Below, in pieces: positions 1 through 11,501 of a stretch of DNA of 64,000 nucleotides. The position numbers and the translations under genes are program-made. Numbering within the stretch: position 1 is the stretch's first letter; each line of letters begins with the position of its first letter. Location: positions 248,001 through 312,000 of the forward strand of contig MU005968.1 of assembly GCA_010093745.1 (NCBI GenBank), written 5' to 3'. The notes under the pieces were generated by a model. It was given only the letters and a program-made list of their open reading frames with translations. It ran no database searches and was not told the origin of the DNA. The DNA comes from Piedraia hortae CBS 480.64. Its lineage: Eukaryota.

Positions 1-267
1 ACGGTTAGACACCTTCAGGAGGGTTTTAGAGAGGAGCAGATTGAGATGACGGAGAAAAGCTGACTGGGTGGAGGAACGATGGGAAGGAACTGCGCTTCCC
101 TCTACGGCTGATGAGGCTCAGGGGAGAGAACGAACAAGATCATGGGAGGAAGAAGTGCGCCATGGGGTTAAGTGGGAAGACGAGAAGGGAGGAAAGCCGA
201 ACGGAGAGGACGAATGGTATCCGCTCGATTCTGCAGTCACTCTCTCATCTCAAGGTCAAAGACAAAG

Positions 268-638
268 TGTAGCGATAGTGCTCTCGTGGATGGGAGTGCG
301 CAGCGACCCGAGCTAGGAGGACGTTGCAATAAACGGAGACCAACGACAGGGACAGGAAAAGACGCAGGTGGGTAGGAGTCAATACCAGTGTCGATGCGGC
401 AGTGTGAATGACTATGTATGTCTACGAGGGACGTCAGAATAATTATTCTGTACCGGTGGGCCGGTTACATCACGTCGTACACTAGCAGGGTGCATTCGCA
501 ATATCACATCTGACATGACCCTGAGGGAAAACCTCTGTGAGGGAAAAACCTAGGGTGCAGCTGGTAGTGTAAGGGGTATAGCTGACTTGCTGTGTAAGTG
601 TCCCGCATACGCGCTAGTGGCGATGCTTGACTCCGACA
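268..638 (+). mobile_element. Solo LTR, ~360-bp family (family 1), with 5-bp TSD CAAAG
   Basis: Termini TGTAGCG...CCGACA; CAAAG at 263-267 and 639-643; homologous to copies at 11780, 29248, 37259 and 39022. Strand is inferred from the orientation of the split copy relative to gag-pol at 13.2-16.8 kb. Confidence 0.9.
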
Positions 639-1290
639 CAAAGTGCGCAGAGAATTGGCAATGACATTGGACAGAAGCGGAGGGACAGCAAAGACGACGA
701 AAAGAACAACTCGACAAGCGGAGAGGGCGAAATCTGCGTCTCGAGATCAAAGATGCTGTTCTTGTAAGACGCAGAGGCATGATGTCACTGAGGAGGACAA
801 GCAGGACAGCAACAATAACGACCATCTCATCGATGGACGCGGGGCGGACGAAGTTCATGGACAATAGGTGCTTCAGCTGTGATGCTATCTGGGCTGGATA
901 ATTGTGTGCTTGACACGACCAGCACGACCGGCCTGCCCAGATGCTTGGGGCTTCTTTATTTTTTTTTTTTTGGTTTTTTTTCTTTTGGGTGTTGTTTGGC
1001 CTGGATAGGTAAAGTTCCTGCATTGGGGAAGACATCGTTAGAGACCTGATCATCTCATCCTCTTCTCGTTTGTCTCATTGCCACACCTTCTGCTGAGTCT
1101 CATTCCGAATTAATTCCAGACCGTCCCTCATCCTGAACCACTTTAGCCATTACGACTCAAAACCACACAAGGACGGGGAATCAACACAACGGGCAGGACA
1201 GTCGCATGAGCGGAGGTGCAACCCAACCACTAATACCGGCACAGTACTAACCGAGATATCTTTTATATACATACTCTTGCCATCCCTATA

Positions 1291-2655
1291 TCAAACAAAC
1301 TGTCTCGTCAACAGTCTCCTAAACCCCCTATGAACGATCCCCTCACTTGAAATCTCAAACTCCTCCCACCTTGCATCCATACCGCCCGCTAGGACCCTCA
1401 CGACAGCCGTCTCCCCTTCCTCCTTCGCAAAACCCAATACCCCCTTCGGCGGTCGTCCCAAAGGATCATTCGGCAGCGGTAGGACCGGACGCGGAGCTTT
1501 GATTTTCTTCCCCTCGGGTCCCTCTGTTACGATTGGCGTACTTGGCCCGCCCTGCCAGTAAACATCGTCATCTCCAATGTGGAATTCCGTGCTAAAGACG
1601 CTTCGTATGTCGCGGATGGCTCTTGGGGTGAAAGGAGTTTTCTTGAGGATGCCTAGGGCGGTGGCGCCCATGCTGAGGCGAGGAGGGGAAAGGGAAGTTC
1701 CTGTGGCTGGACGGAGGTTGTAGTATTCTTGTACTGAGCCCTGGGTGTTGCTTGCGTAGGAGCGGCCGCCGGAGGATTGTTGGGAGCTGGGTGGACGGGT
1801 GGGTTGGGAGGCAGGGCGGTTGGAATGGGAGTTTGGTCTCCCGGAAATGGTTAGGGGTTCGTGGGAGAGGCGGAAGATGTGGAGGGTTCCCTTGTCGCTG
1901 GTGCATGCGAGCCAGCGGTTTTTGGGCGAGATGGCGAGGCTGTAGATCCTGGCTTGGTCGACTCCTCGGCGGAATTCAAACGCGAGTTGGAGAGTCTGCG
2001 TGTGGAAGACTCTGATCATGGTTCCGCGTTCGGAAGCTGTTGCTAGGAGGGAGCCATCGTCTGATAGCGCAAGGCTGCGTACGGATGCTTGGTGTGCTTT
2101 TAATATGCGCAGATTGTTCTTCTCGAGGGATATTAGTTGGGCCTGGCCGCATGCTTGTTGTGGTAGGACGAGGATGGAGCCGGAGAGACTGGCGAGGCCG
2201 TAGTAGTTGCTGCCGGTCGTGATGATTGGGCGGATGATGTTCGGCGCCATGAGGCCTTCTCCCGCCAGTTTTTGGTACCGGAATATCAGGACCCTTTTTA
2301 GCAAGAGGACCACTAGCCAGCGGGCGCTTATCCGAATTCCGCGTATGGGCTCATGCATGTCAAATCGTTTGGTTTCCTTGCCCAATACCGCATCCCAGAA
2401 GATGACTTCGCTAGGCTTCCATGCTGGTTCTCTGCCTCCACCAACCAGGGCAATATACCGGTCATCAATTGCTTCTGCTATGCCGATTCCCCCTTCAGCG
2501 GGTAATCTGGGCCAGTAGGTGGTCAAGCAGTTATCACTACGGAAGCAATGGATGCCATTGGAAAGAGCGGCAGTAAACCGCGACCGGGTGGATGAGAAGG
2601 AAAGCGCGTGGACTACAGAGGTGTTGGGTGGTTGTATGGGCTTTCGAGTGTTCAT
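1291..2655 (-). CDS. HSV2: PROPPIN WD-repeat phosphoinositide-binding protein (SVP1-like protein 2 / Hsv2, ATG18 family)
   Basis: 454-aa ORF with AH...LALSDDGSLLATASERGTMIRVF, the FRRG lipid-binding motif (EFRRGVDQARIYSLAISP) and SDKGTLHIF. Confidence 0.88.
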   Translation of the reverse strand: MNTRKPIQPPNTSVVHALSFSSTRSRFTAALSNGIHCFRSDNCLTTYWPRLPAEGGIGIAEAIDDRYIALVGGGREPAWKPSEVIFWDAVLGKETKRFDMHEPIRGIRISARWLVVLLLKRVLIFRYQKLAGEGLMAPNIIRPIITTGSNYYGLASLSGSILVLPQQACGQAQLISLEKNNLRILKAHQASVRSLALSDDGSLLATASERGTMIRVFHTQTLQLAFEFRRGVDQARIYSLAISPKNRWLACTSDKGTLHIFRLSHEPLTISGRPNSHSNRPASQPTRPPSSQQSSGGRSYASNTQGSVQEYYNLRPATGTSLSPPRLSMGATALGILKKTPFTPRAIRDIRSVFSTEFHIGDDDVYWQGGPSTPIVTEGPEGKKIKAPRPVLPLPNDPLGRPPKGVLGFAKEEGETAVVRVLAGGMDARWEEFEISSEGIVHRGFRRLLTRQFV

Positions 2656-2906
2656 GGTGGCTGGGTAAGTGGGAAATAGTCACAATACATAGTATGATAT
2701 CTATCAGTCCATGACAGGCAGTCGAAGGTTTGGGCCCTGCAGATTGGCTGCAGCTGACAGGGTCTGGTGCGCATCCACTCCTAACCCTTGCTAGGTCGAC
2801 CCAGTTGGGACTAGCGGGTGCCTAGCGGCCAGCGGCTGGGCGGGAGCTTTGGCCCCCAACGACGTTCCCTGGTCTGATTTTGACCGCACCTCCCCCTTCC
2901 ACCACA

Positions 2907-4117
2907 ATGTCATCCAACGCTATCCGGGTCCGTCGTAAGAAAAATGTCAAGAAGGGGATCCAGTTCTGCCTCATGGTTTGCGGAGCGTCGGGCACCGGCC
3001 GCACGACGTTTATCAACACGCTCTGCGGCCGCCAGGTGATTCCACACCGTGACGATGACGATCCAATGCGAGCCCATGAGGATCGGGGCATTACCATCCG
3101 GCCGACGACTGTCGAGCTTGAGCTGGACGAGGAGGGAACGCGTATCAGTCTCACCATAGTCGATACGCCCGGCTTCGGCGACGGCATCGACAACGAGGCC
3201 AGCTTTGGCGAGATATCGGCCTACTTGGAGCGCCAGTACGACGACATTCTCGCCGAAGAGAGCCGCATTAAGCGTAACCCTCGCTTCCGTGACAACCGCG
3301 TGCACGCGCTGTTGTATTTTATCCAGCCAACGGGTGAGTTTAGTTGCCCCAACATCATTGCTGCTGCTAACGAGGTCCAGGCCATGGTCTCCGCGAGCTC
3401 GACATTGAGCTGATGCGTCGTCTGTCGCCGCGTGTCAATGTGCTGCCAGTCATTGGCAAGGCCGACTCGTTGACGGCGCTGGAGCTGGCCGAGAGCAAGA
3501 AGCTGATCATGGAGGACATTGAACACTACCGCATTCCAGTCTACAACTTTCCCTACGACATTGAAGAGGACGACGAGGACACGGTGGATGAGAATGCCGA
3601 GCTACGCGGACTGATGCCCTTTGCCATTGTTGGCTCCGAGGACATTGTCGAGATTGACGGCCACCGCATCCGCGCGCGTCAGTATCCGTGGGGCATCGTT
3701 GAGGTTGACAACCCGCGTCACTCTGACTTCCTCGCCATCCGCTCCGCGCTACTGCACTCGCATCTCGCCGACCTCAAGGAGATAACGCACGACTTCCTGT
3801 ACGAGAACTACCGCACCGAGAAGCTTAGCAAGTCTGTCGCTGCGGACCCCATGAGCTCGGCAGGGGGGCAGGAGTCTGAGTCGCTCGACCCGCAGAGTCT
3901 GGCGAACCAGTCAGTGCGGCTCAAGGAGGAGCAGCTGCGACGGGAGGAAGAGAAGCTACGAGAAATCGAAGTCAAGGTACAGCGCGAGATCAACGAAAAG
4001 CGCCAGGAACTTCTGGCGCGCGAGAGCCAGCTAAAGGAGCTTGAAAGCCGCATGGCCCGCGACCACTCCCAGCAGCCCGGCATCGAAGAAGAAGTCGAGA
4101 CTCAACCCGGCGCTTGA
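2907..4117 (+). CDS. CDC11: Septin Cdc11/AspA; one intron (3334-3380)
   Basis: RRKKNVKKGIQFCLMVCGASGTGRTTFINTL, DTPGFGD, IGKADSL, RQYPWG and a C-terminal coiled coil. The GTGAGT...GCTAAC...CAG intron restores PTGHGLRELD. Confidence 0.95.
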
Positions 4118-4182
4118 AGCGTTTTTTACGTAATAAGGCGTTGTTTTGGGAAAAAAAATGCATCCCCTGTAGAGTATACATA

Positions 4183-4614
4183 TTATTTGGTCACTTGATC
4201 GCCCTCGCCTCTATATTTTGGCGGCAACAAACCGATCTGTTTGCAGTCAGCCAAAAAAAAAAAAAAAAACCATCATTGGCCACTATAACCTGTACTTACC
4301 ATACTAAGCAACTTCCAAACCCTCTCCGAAGGCTGCGCCCCAACTCCCAACCAGTACTTTGTCCTCGTGACATCCAGTTTTATATCCTTGACCTTTTTCT
4401 GCACCGTCCCAATCTCTTCATCTGCGAAGACTGTAGGCGACACCCCAGCAGAGTAGACCTTTTCGCTGGGAATGGGGTTATATGTCCCAAGAACCTCGAG
4501 AGGTTTGCTGTCTCGCGCTGTTCGCGCGTGCGCTAACACGATATTGTACACGGGCTTGTGCCGGCGCGCGCCGCCTGGTGTAGATACGCGAGCGAGGCGG
4601 AGGCGGAGGACCAT
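4183..4614 (-). CDS. MRPS16: Mitochondrial ribosomal protein S16 (bS16m); intron 4237-4299
   Basis: MVLRLRLAR...[27 protein letters not shown]...[19 protein letters not shown], then a GTAAGT...CTGAC...CAG intron, then IGLLPPKY...TK*. Confidence 0.93.
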
Positions 4615-4973
4615 GTTTTGATGTCGTGGGGGTCGCTGGGTTGGGAGGTTGGTTGTTGGTTGGTTGAGTGAGTGAGTCAGGTGAAGTTAGGGTTTGAGGT
4701 TAGGGTTGGTCAACGACTGGGGATGGGGATGGGAAGTGGGGAACATGAAGGGTTATATGCAGGTAAGGGGATACATCGTGTTTGTTTGAAGACATTAGTA
4801 AATATTATCTGGACGACAGTGCGAATGCTCCGTGTTCTCTCGGTATGCGTTGGGATGATCGAAGCGGTCAGGGAATTGTCTAATGACGGTATGGCTGGTT
4901 TTACAAATCGCTTGAAGATGAGGCAGGACGGGCGAGGGAGTTCAGCTCCTCTGGCTGTTTGGTAGAGGTGTCG

Positions 4974-7081
4974 ATGACCAGGCCATTCCGTCTGGAGGAT
5001 GGAGATGGTTATGACCAAGATCACGTGAGTTGATACAGCATCTTTGGGGGTATTTGGTCTGGCCTGCAGTGGGATCTTTGAAGAACTCCCTCTTTGTTCT
5101 TTGGCATTTAGTTTTGAATGCTGGTGTAAGCCGTGGCAAGCGATCTGCTGAACACTTCACAGTACAGCTTATTTCCAAACCTGATTGGGTCCCTGAGGCT
5201 TCCCTTCCACGGATAGCCACTAGCACCATATTCATCTCAATTCGGTCTCACATCGTTTACACAGTAGCTTCCACACGCGGTCACATACAAATTCTTTGTT
5301 GCAGTTCATCCACTTTGGAACAAAGACATGAGTAGTAGAACATACTTGAACATATCTCGTGGTGCCAGACTCAAGCAACGAATCAACGTATCTGCCACCA
5401 CACAGCATGATATATTCAACAATCCACGATCTCACCAAGGCCACTCTCCCATCGAGGTTGGTAGCCGACTACATCGACCCATAACGGCATATTGTCCAAG
5501 ACCCACCCGACTGGTCTACATTCAATGGACCATTCGAGTTTATGCAAAACATTGGCTTCATCGCAGAGAAGTATTATGACAGTTCTGACAAATCTGATGA
5601 CCTCTAGATTCTGAACTTTGAGTACGGAAAGACATGCACATTGTCGAATGATGAGCTTCGTGAGTGAGGAACGACGTGGCTGACGTTGCTGGTAATTTGT
5701 TCGCCCTTGTGAGTATAATGGATGGCTATCCGCTGGATGAGTGGAATGATAATGGATACTTTACAAGTATCCTTGAAAAGTTTCACGATGAGAAGAAACA
5801 TGTGTGCATTAATTGGAATTTTGGATTGGTTTGGCCGGAGGAGCTTGCAAGTGAAGATGAGGAGGCGGAGAAACCTCCACAGGCTCCGAAGCCAGTAGAC
5901 CCAGAGTTGGAGACGTGCCAACGACAGCTCCGTGCGGGAAACCACATGCTAGGCTCGTGGATAGGACAGTGGGATCTGGGCAAAGGCGGATGGGACTCGG
6001 TCGCACTGTGGGTCCAAGTGGACGAGAACAATCTTGTTGTCGACTGAATGGCTGTAAAAATCACAAATCTCTATGAAAGCGACATGATCAAAGCACCTCG
6101 AAACCAATTAGGGATTACATCCCCGAGCCGTTTTTGTGGCATCTGCTTGAGTGCATGGCTCAAGTTGGTGTGTTAATGAAGTTTGGTACGTCGAAGGAGA
6201 GGAATCCATTGTACAATATCCTCAATGAATGGGTTCCGCTTTGCACAAGGACTTGAAACCAGAGAATGTATCTTCGGGTTGCCCTGGAAGTCGCTATCTG
6301 GGGTATCCACATTCAAAAATCGGGGATTGTGGTGTTTCTGCGTTCATTCTTAAGCGTTTTGAGACTGCTGCCACCAAAGTATGTCAAGGAATGGAAGAAG
6401 CAAAACTCGAAATCAGATGTTTTTGGGGCTGGCCTGTTGGTATATGGATGCATGCACTTGCATCATTCTGACTATTTCCAGTTTGACTGGGACATTAAAG
6501 CAGGCCGTGCACCAAATCCAGATAAACCTATCAAGGAACCACTCTTCCCGCCAGAGTTGGAGAAAAACTACAGTCAAACGCTCCTGGATCTGGTGAAGCA
6601 GATGGTCCGCATCAAGATTGACGAACGACCCTATTTCCGCGAGGTATTGGATAGGGTGCAAAAGGCCACTGCGGGAGAGCCACTGAGAACAGCCTCGCCA
6701 AACGTTCCACGATTCAGACCAGTCGACCACCAGTTTTACTGGATACTCCTGGAGGATAAATTTCCGTTGAACAAGAAACCAATAGATCCAGTCATCCCGA
6801 AAAATTCCCGTCCCCTAACTCACTTGACACCACTTGCGGGTGACAAGGGTCCGGGTGGGACTCCGGGCGGCAAATCCAACCCATCTTCAGCTGGGGCTCC
6901 CCAACATACAAAACAAAAGGCAGCTCCAGCTCCAGATCCAGCTCAACCTCATCCTCACGCTGCAGCCCGACCTGGGAATGCCCTCGCCCAGTTAGCTGCT
7001 CGACGAGCTGCCAAAGCTGCAGCCCAGCCAGCCCCTGCTGCACACCAACCAGCTCAAGCTCCTGCCAAAAAAGCATTGTAA
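4974..7081 (+). pseudogene. Degenerate Ser/Thr protein kinase with long N-terminal extension (start approximate)
   Basis: LGKGGWDSVALW...VD*MAVK (in-frame stop 6045-6047), HPEPFLWHLLE, HKDLKPENV, KIGDCG, KSDVFGAG, ERPYFREVL; motifs are spread over several frames. Confidence 0.8.
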
Positions 7082-8134
7082 GCAAAACGCAAGGCACCAA
7101 GAAAAGCCTCACCTTAACCAGTACCTCCTCAACCAGCACTACAACTAGCACCCCAACCAGCCGCTCCCAAAGATGCGCCCAAAAAGGGCAAACTGAAAGC
7201 TCCGGTGTGAGCAGCGGCACCACCAGCAGCTCAATCAGCAACCCCACGCCCAGCTGCACCCCAACCAGCTGCCAAGAGAGATAAAGCCACAAACGACAAA
7301 CTAAAATCTCGGAAATGAGAAGGCAAAACAGCGGCTCAACCGGCAGCGGAACTAAACGAAGCAGCAGTTCAGCCAGCTCAACCAGCGTCACCTGCCCCCA
7401 CAATACCCCACGCCAGAGGCAAGAACAAGACCAAAATGCAAAGCAGCTGTGAACGCAGAGGAGCGAATTGGAGAGTTGGATAAGAAAAAGGTTGAGAGTG
7501 GAGAGGAGGAGGAGGAGGGGAGTACGACTGCGCCGGTGAGGGATAAAGGACGGCGAAGGAGACAGCGACGAGAACGCGGACGAGGGAGGGGAATGGTTTA
7601 GATTGATTAGGGCTTAATGTGTTGATGTTCTGATTTCTAGGCAGGATTACATGGGTGATTGTATGAGATTTGATGGTGCAAGTTAGCCGTATTCTAATTG
7701 TCCTACCTCAGCCAACTAGACGGGAGAGATCTTAAATTTGGAAGTAATGTGAGCGTATGATACCCCCACACTGTGATTCTTATAAAGCTTGTTTGTTTAT
7801 TTTTCATTTTGCGACTATGGATGGGTCATAGCTCCTAATGAGCTTATGCCCGGACCCTAATGGGCGTTAGACGGCTGGTCCTCACAACCCCTCACGTGGT
7901 GACCATAGCTGATCCTAACTTCTAAACATAAAATAGCGTATGCGTTGCCAAGACTAAAAATGATTGGCCGGTTCCACACAAAGTACCCATGTACCGTCCG
8001 CGCAAATCCATCTAGCTGAGGCCAACAGCAGCGATAGATATCTCACCCATTGCAGTTGCCTAGCCAATCTCTGACAAATTATCATTCTTTCAAACTTCCA
8101 TAAAACACATGGGTATCAACAATCAAAGCCCCGC

Positions 8135-8854
8135 TCATCTCATCGCCTTCGGCCCACTCGGCGCCAAGCCCGGCACACCGGCATAACGTTCCTGCCTCTC
8201 CGTCTTAAACGTAATTTGAATCCAATACTCCTTCAAATCGGGATTAAACCACGTCCACAACTTCCCCTCACTCCGATCCACATCCCTCGCCTGCAACTTA
8301 AACCCACAAGTCTCATACGGCTCTGCCGCAACAAGAAGGTACTGAAACGCCTTATTCGGCTCCTCCACCTTTTGCTCATATGCCCCCATAAACCTCATTC
8401 TGGGCACAACCCCCGCTGCGATCTCAGGATACTGCAGCTGGAACAGCAGACCCTGCTGTCCCGTAATTCTATCCCTCGTTTTTGTGATATTATACCCCGG
8501 CCGTCCAATCTTCACCGCGTTCCGCTTAATCGGAACAGCATTGACGTTCACGAAATTCTCCTCATCCTGTCGTCTGCCTAGTTGGGCTTCTTTCGCCGCC
8601 CGACGCGCGAGGTTGGTTTGGTGTTTCCGTCCCTGGGTGTGTGCGAGGTATGAACCGTCGTTTTGGTGGACAGTCACGCAGAGGCGACATTCGTAGCTGC
8701 CGACGTGGTTGCGAAACATGAAAGGGTCGTGGTCTAGATCGATGGTTTCCAACGCTAGCTTGCGAAGACGCTCCCGTCGGTCAAGATTGATGGCCGACTG
8801 CGACGCGATGCCGCCGCCACCGAATTTGGAGCCTGCGCGGTTTTGGTAGTCCAT
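8135..8854 (-). CDS. SAP62: Splicing factor 3a subunit 2 (SAP62/Prp11)
   Basis: MDYQNRAGSKFGGGG, RRERLRKLALETIDL, matrin-type zinc finger YECRLCVTVHQNDGSYLAHTQGRKH, KIGRPGY, AAEPYETCGFK. Confidence 0.95.
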   Translation of the reverse strand: MDYQNRAGSKFGGGGIASQSAINLDRRERLRKLALETIDLDHDPFMFRNHVGSYECRLCVTVHQNDGSYLAHTQGRKHQTNLARRAAKEAQLGRRQDEENFVNVNAVPIKRNAVKIGRPGYNITKTRDRITGQQGLLFQLQYPEIAAGVVPRMRFMGAYEQKVEEPNKAFQYLLVAAEPYETCGFKLQARDVDRSEGKLWTWFNPDLKEYWIQITFKTERQERYAGVPGLAPSGPKAMR

Positions 8855-9095
8855 TGTCAAAGCTGTCTTTGCTGGTGGTGGTGGATGTGGTTGGAAAGGG
8901 TAGGGTTAGGATTATGTCACCGCGCTTGTCAAGATTAGATCTTTGAATCTGATTGGGCTGTGAAGGGCGTCATTAGTCAACATGCACTTCACAACGGCCC
9001 GCTTACACATATCTGTGCTCGGACCGAGCTCGTGGTTCTGCGAGGTGACAACTACTTCAACGTTCCGGAGACTTTCCATCCCCAATCTGTCTGTG

Positions 9096-9476
9096 ATGGA
9101 TCAACAAGCCGATACAGAAATGCCAGACGCCTTCCCCGAGCAGCAGGTCACCCGTGAGCCCGACCCCGTCTGGCTCCGTCCAGCCCTCCATTTCCTCCGC
9201 CAACTCTCGCGCAAGGCCCACAAGCCATACATAATCTACCTCTTTCTCGAGCTGTGGAATATGAGCAAGCGTGATACCGAATTAAGGGATTTATTTGAGG
9301 ATATCTTCAGCACACACCCGGAACTGATCATGTCGGAGGTGTTTGCGAGTTATACAAGAAAGGCTAAACAGAGTTTAATGCAGGGCTCTGATAGTCCGTG
9401 GTTCGGGTCTAGGATGGATGAGTGTACGTGTCAAAGGTCGGGACGAGATATGGAGTGGAGAATCGATCAGTTATGA
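9096..9476 (+). CDS. Small hypothetical protein
   Basis: Open frame from MDQQADTEMP with helical-looking composition; no family recognised. Confidence 0.35.
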   Translation: MDQQADTEMPDAFPEQQVTREPDPVWLRPALHFLRQLSRKAHKPYIIYLFLELWNMSKRDTELRDLFEDIFSTHPELIMSEVFASYTRKAKQSLMQGSDSPWFGSRMDECTCQRSGRDMEWRIDQL

Positions 9477-9836
9477 CAACTAGGGCTGGGACTGCTCGTC
9501 CTGTCACATGAGGGATGGAGGGATTGAGTTACGTGGGGTATGGGGTGGGGAGTAAGGGGTGAGGGGTGAGGTACACTGTTAGGGCTTTCGTATGGCAGTG
9601 TTTTTATGCATTCTTTCATCTGTTCCTGAAGTTAGGCATGTAGAGGAGCAGAGCTGTACAGACTAGGCTACAGAGCTGTGTTCAATATGACGATAGCTAA
9701 ACCATAAGCTAGCCAACAAGGCGAGCATCGAAAGTGTACAGGAAGAAGATCGTGATTAATATCCAAAACAGGTATTGCCTAGGTACGGAACTTAAAGTGA
9801 TCCTGTCTGGCGGGCCGTAGGTATCTTATCTCGCAA

Positions 9837-10514
9837 TCATAAAGGTATCATATTTATGACTGCAACGGCCGCTTGCGCACCGGCTTCCGCCCTTTCTTCA
9901 TCCGTTTGAATTGGCATCCCACGCTCGTCGTACTGGACGTCATCATAGTGATTGTGCTTGTGGTGGTGATGATGTTGGCCATGGTGGCCATGTTTATTGT
10001 GGTGATGGTGTTTGCCGTGTTCACGGCGTTCATTGTGGTGTTCATGCTTGTCATGATGATGGTGCCCATCTCGGTGGCTATCCTTACCATGATAACTCTG
10101 CGTCCCACTCGACCGTTGTTGCTTCTTGGTATACGAGTCCCTGACACGGTTGCCATCATGATGGTACCCATCTCGGTGGCTATCCTTATCGTATTGACTA
10201 TGTGTCCCACTCGACCGTTGTTGCTTCTTGGTGTACGGGTCCCTCACACGGCTGCCAGTATTAGACCTGCACCTGCTACAAGAGCGGTTGCTTTCGTTTA
10301 TGCTACTACGAGAGATGCTGCTTTCCGTTGGGCCACTGCCCTCCCGCCCCATGAATCGATTTCTCACTGCTGAAACAGACTCAACACAGCCGTCTGTGTA
10401 AGGTACCGAGAATTTGTGTGGTTGAGGATCCGCAACTCTAATATGATCTTCTATGGTACCGTCCATTGTGGGATCTGGGTAGATGGCTTGGGTGATGATC
10501 TGAGGGTTGGGCAT
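9837..10514 (-). CDS. Histidine-rich hypothetical protein with an internal 102-bp tandem duplication
   Basis: 225-aa ORF; RVRD(P/S)YTKKQQRSSGT...KDSHRDG occurs twice; poly-His tract follows. Confidence 0.5.
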   Translation of the reverse strand: MPNPQIITQAIYPDPTMDGTIEDHIRVADPQPHKFSVPYTDGCVESVSAVRNRFMGREGSGPTESSISRSSINESNRSCSRCRSNTGSRVRDPYTKKQQRSSGTHSQYDKDSHRDGYHHDGNRVRDSYTKKQQRSSGTQSYHGKDSHRDGHHHHDKHEHHNERREHGKHHHHNKHGHHGQHHHHHKHNHYDDVQYDERGMPIQTDEERAEAGAQAAVAVINMIPL

Positions 10515-11317
10515 CGTGAGTGCATTCCACAGATGGAGCGCGCTGTTGGGAATGAAGCCTCTCCGCTAAACAGGCAGGCGCGATGGAGGTGAGTCACATG
10601 TTGCCTACCAACAAATCTTGATGGCAAGCTGGCAGGTATTGAAGATTGAATAGAGGTGGGTCTAGGTATAGTATTCCAAGCAATTCATGTCTTGCAAGTA
10701 GTGGATCTGTTATGCTTCGGCATTTGCCGATTGCAATGGTTATGGTATTACAGGAGATTCCATGGATAAGGGCCACATACCTGCGTAGTAGTCATCCTTC
10801 AGCCTGCCCGTGTCTTGTGGAGCTTTGTGTCCATAATCGTGCTTGTAGGTAGCAGATTGTGCTTATGATGGCCATGATGTTTGCTATGGTGGTAGTTCTT
10901 GTCATGGCGGGAATCGGTGCAAGCACACACATCACGCCAAAGGACAACAACGCTTGCGTCCGATCTGATCCAGCAAAGCAACATTTTCGTGCACTCAACT
11001 TGCAATCGAACCTCTTCTTCATAGGAGAACTGGTCCAACAAGCTCCTGGCGTTGGCGACTGTGCGGGCGGCTACATACTAACGCAAAGCCCCTTTGTAAT
11101 TATCGCCTAGCCGGCCGTCATGAAGCCATGATACATGAACAAGCACGGCCTGATTCACCATGTCCAAGATGTTCGGACGCTGATGACACGAAATTGGCTG
11201 TGAACAAATGTGTAGGCGCGTTCCGACAGGGTGGCGTTCGCGTCTATTGCGTCTTACTCTTGCGACCCACTTCTTTCTTTGGCATCAAGTTTTGTTGGTG
11301 CAAGCAAGTGAGCACAC

Positions 11318-11501
11318 TGTTGATATTAGTCGGGAGCCAGTCCCAAGAGGGTTAGAACAACCGGCAACCTCACCTCCTCTAGAGTCTTGGCAGCAAGGTA
11401 ATACTAACAACATCATCTTTCGTGTCACCTGCCATTGGGACATTAATGATATAAAATCAAAACACATGAAATCAAATCATTCGCATCAAGGTTATGAGCC
11501 C
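11318..11501 (+). mobile_element. Copia/Ty5-type 5' LTR remnant plus primer-binding site
   Basis: TGTTGA start at 11318, ends ...CATCAA at ~11489, immediately followed by GGTTATGAGCCC, the half-tRNAiMet PBS typical of copia/Ty5 elements. Confidence 0.65.

Noticed and set aside
519..556. Hammerhead ribozyme (retrozyme) or 5S-derived Cassandra domain in LTR family 1
   Set aside because: No CUGANGA...GAAA core in a correct stem context, and no resemblance to fungal 5S rRNA.
550..1053. ORFs overlapping LTR copies (also 29104, 37123, 38971, 39164, 53673)
   Set aside because: They are chance frames through repeat DNA and recur wherever the LTR occurs.
10790..11300. Possible Cys-rich secreted protein relic
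   Set aside because: Frames are broken, and no signal peptide or family could be supported.
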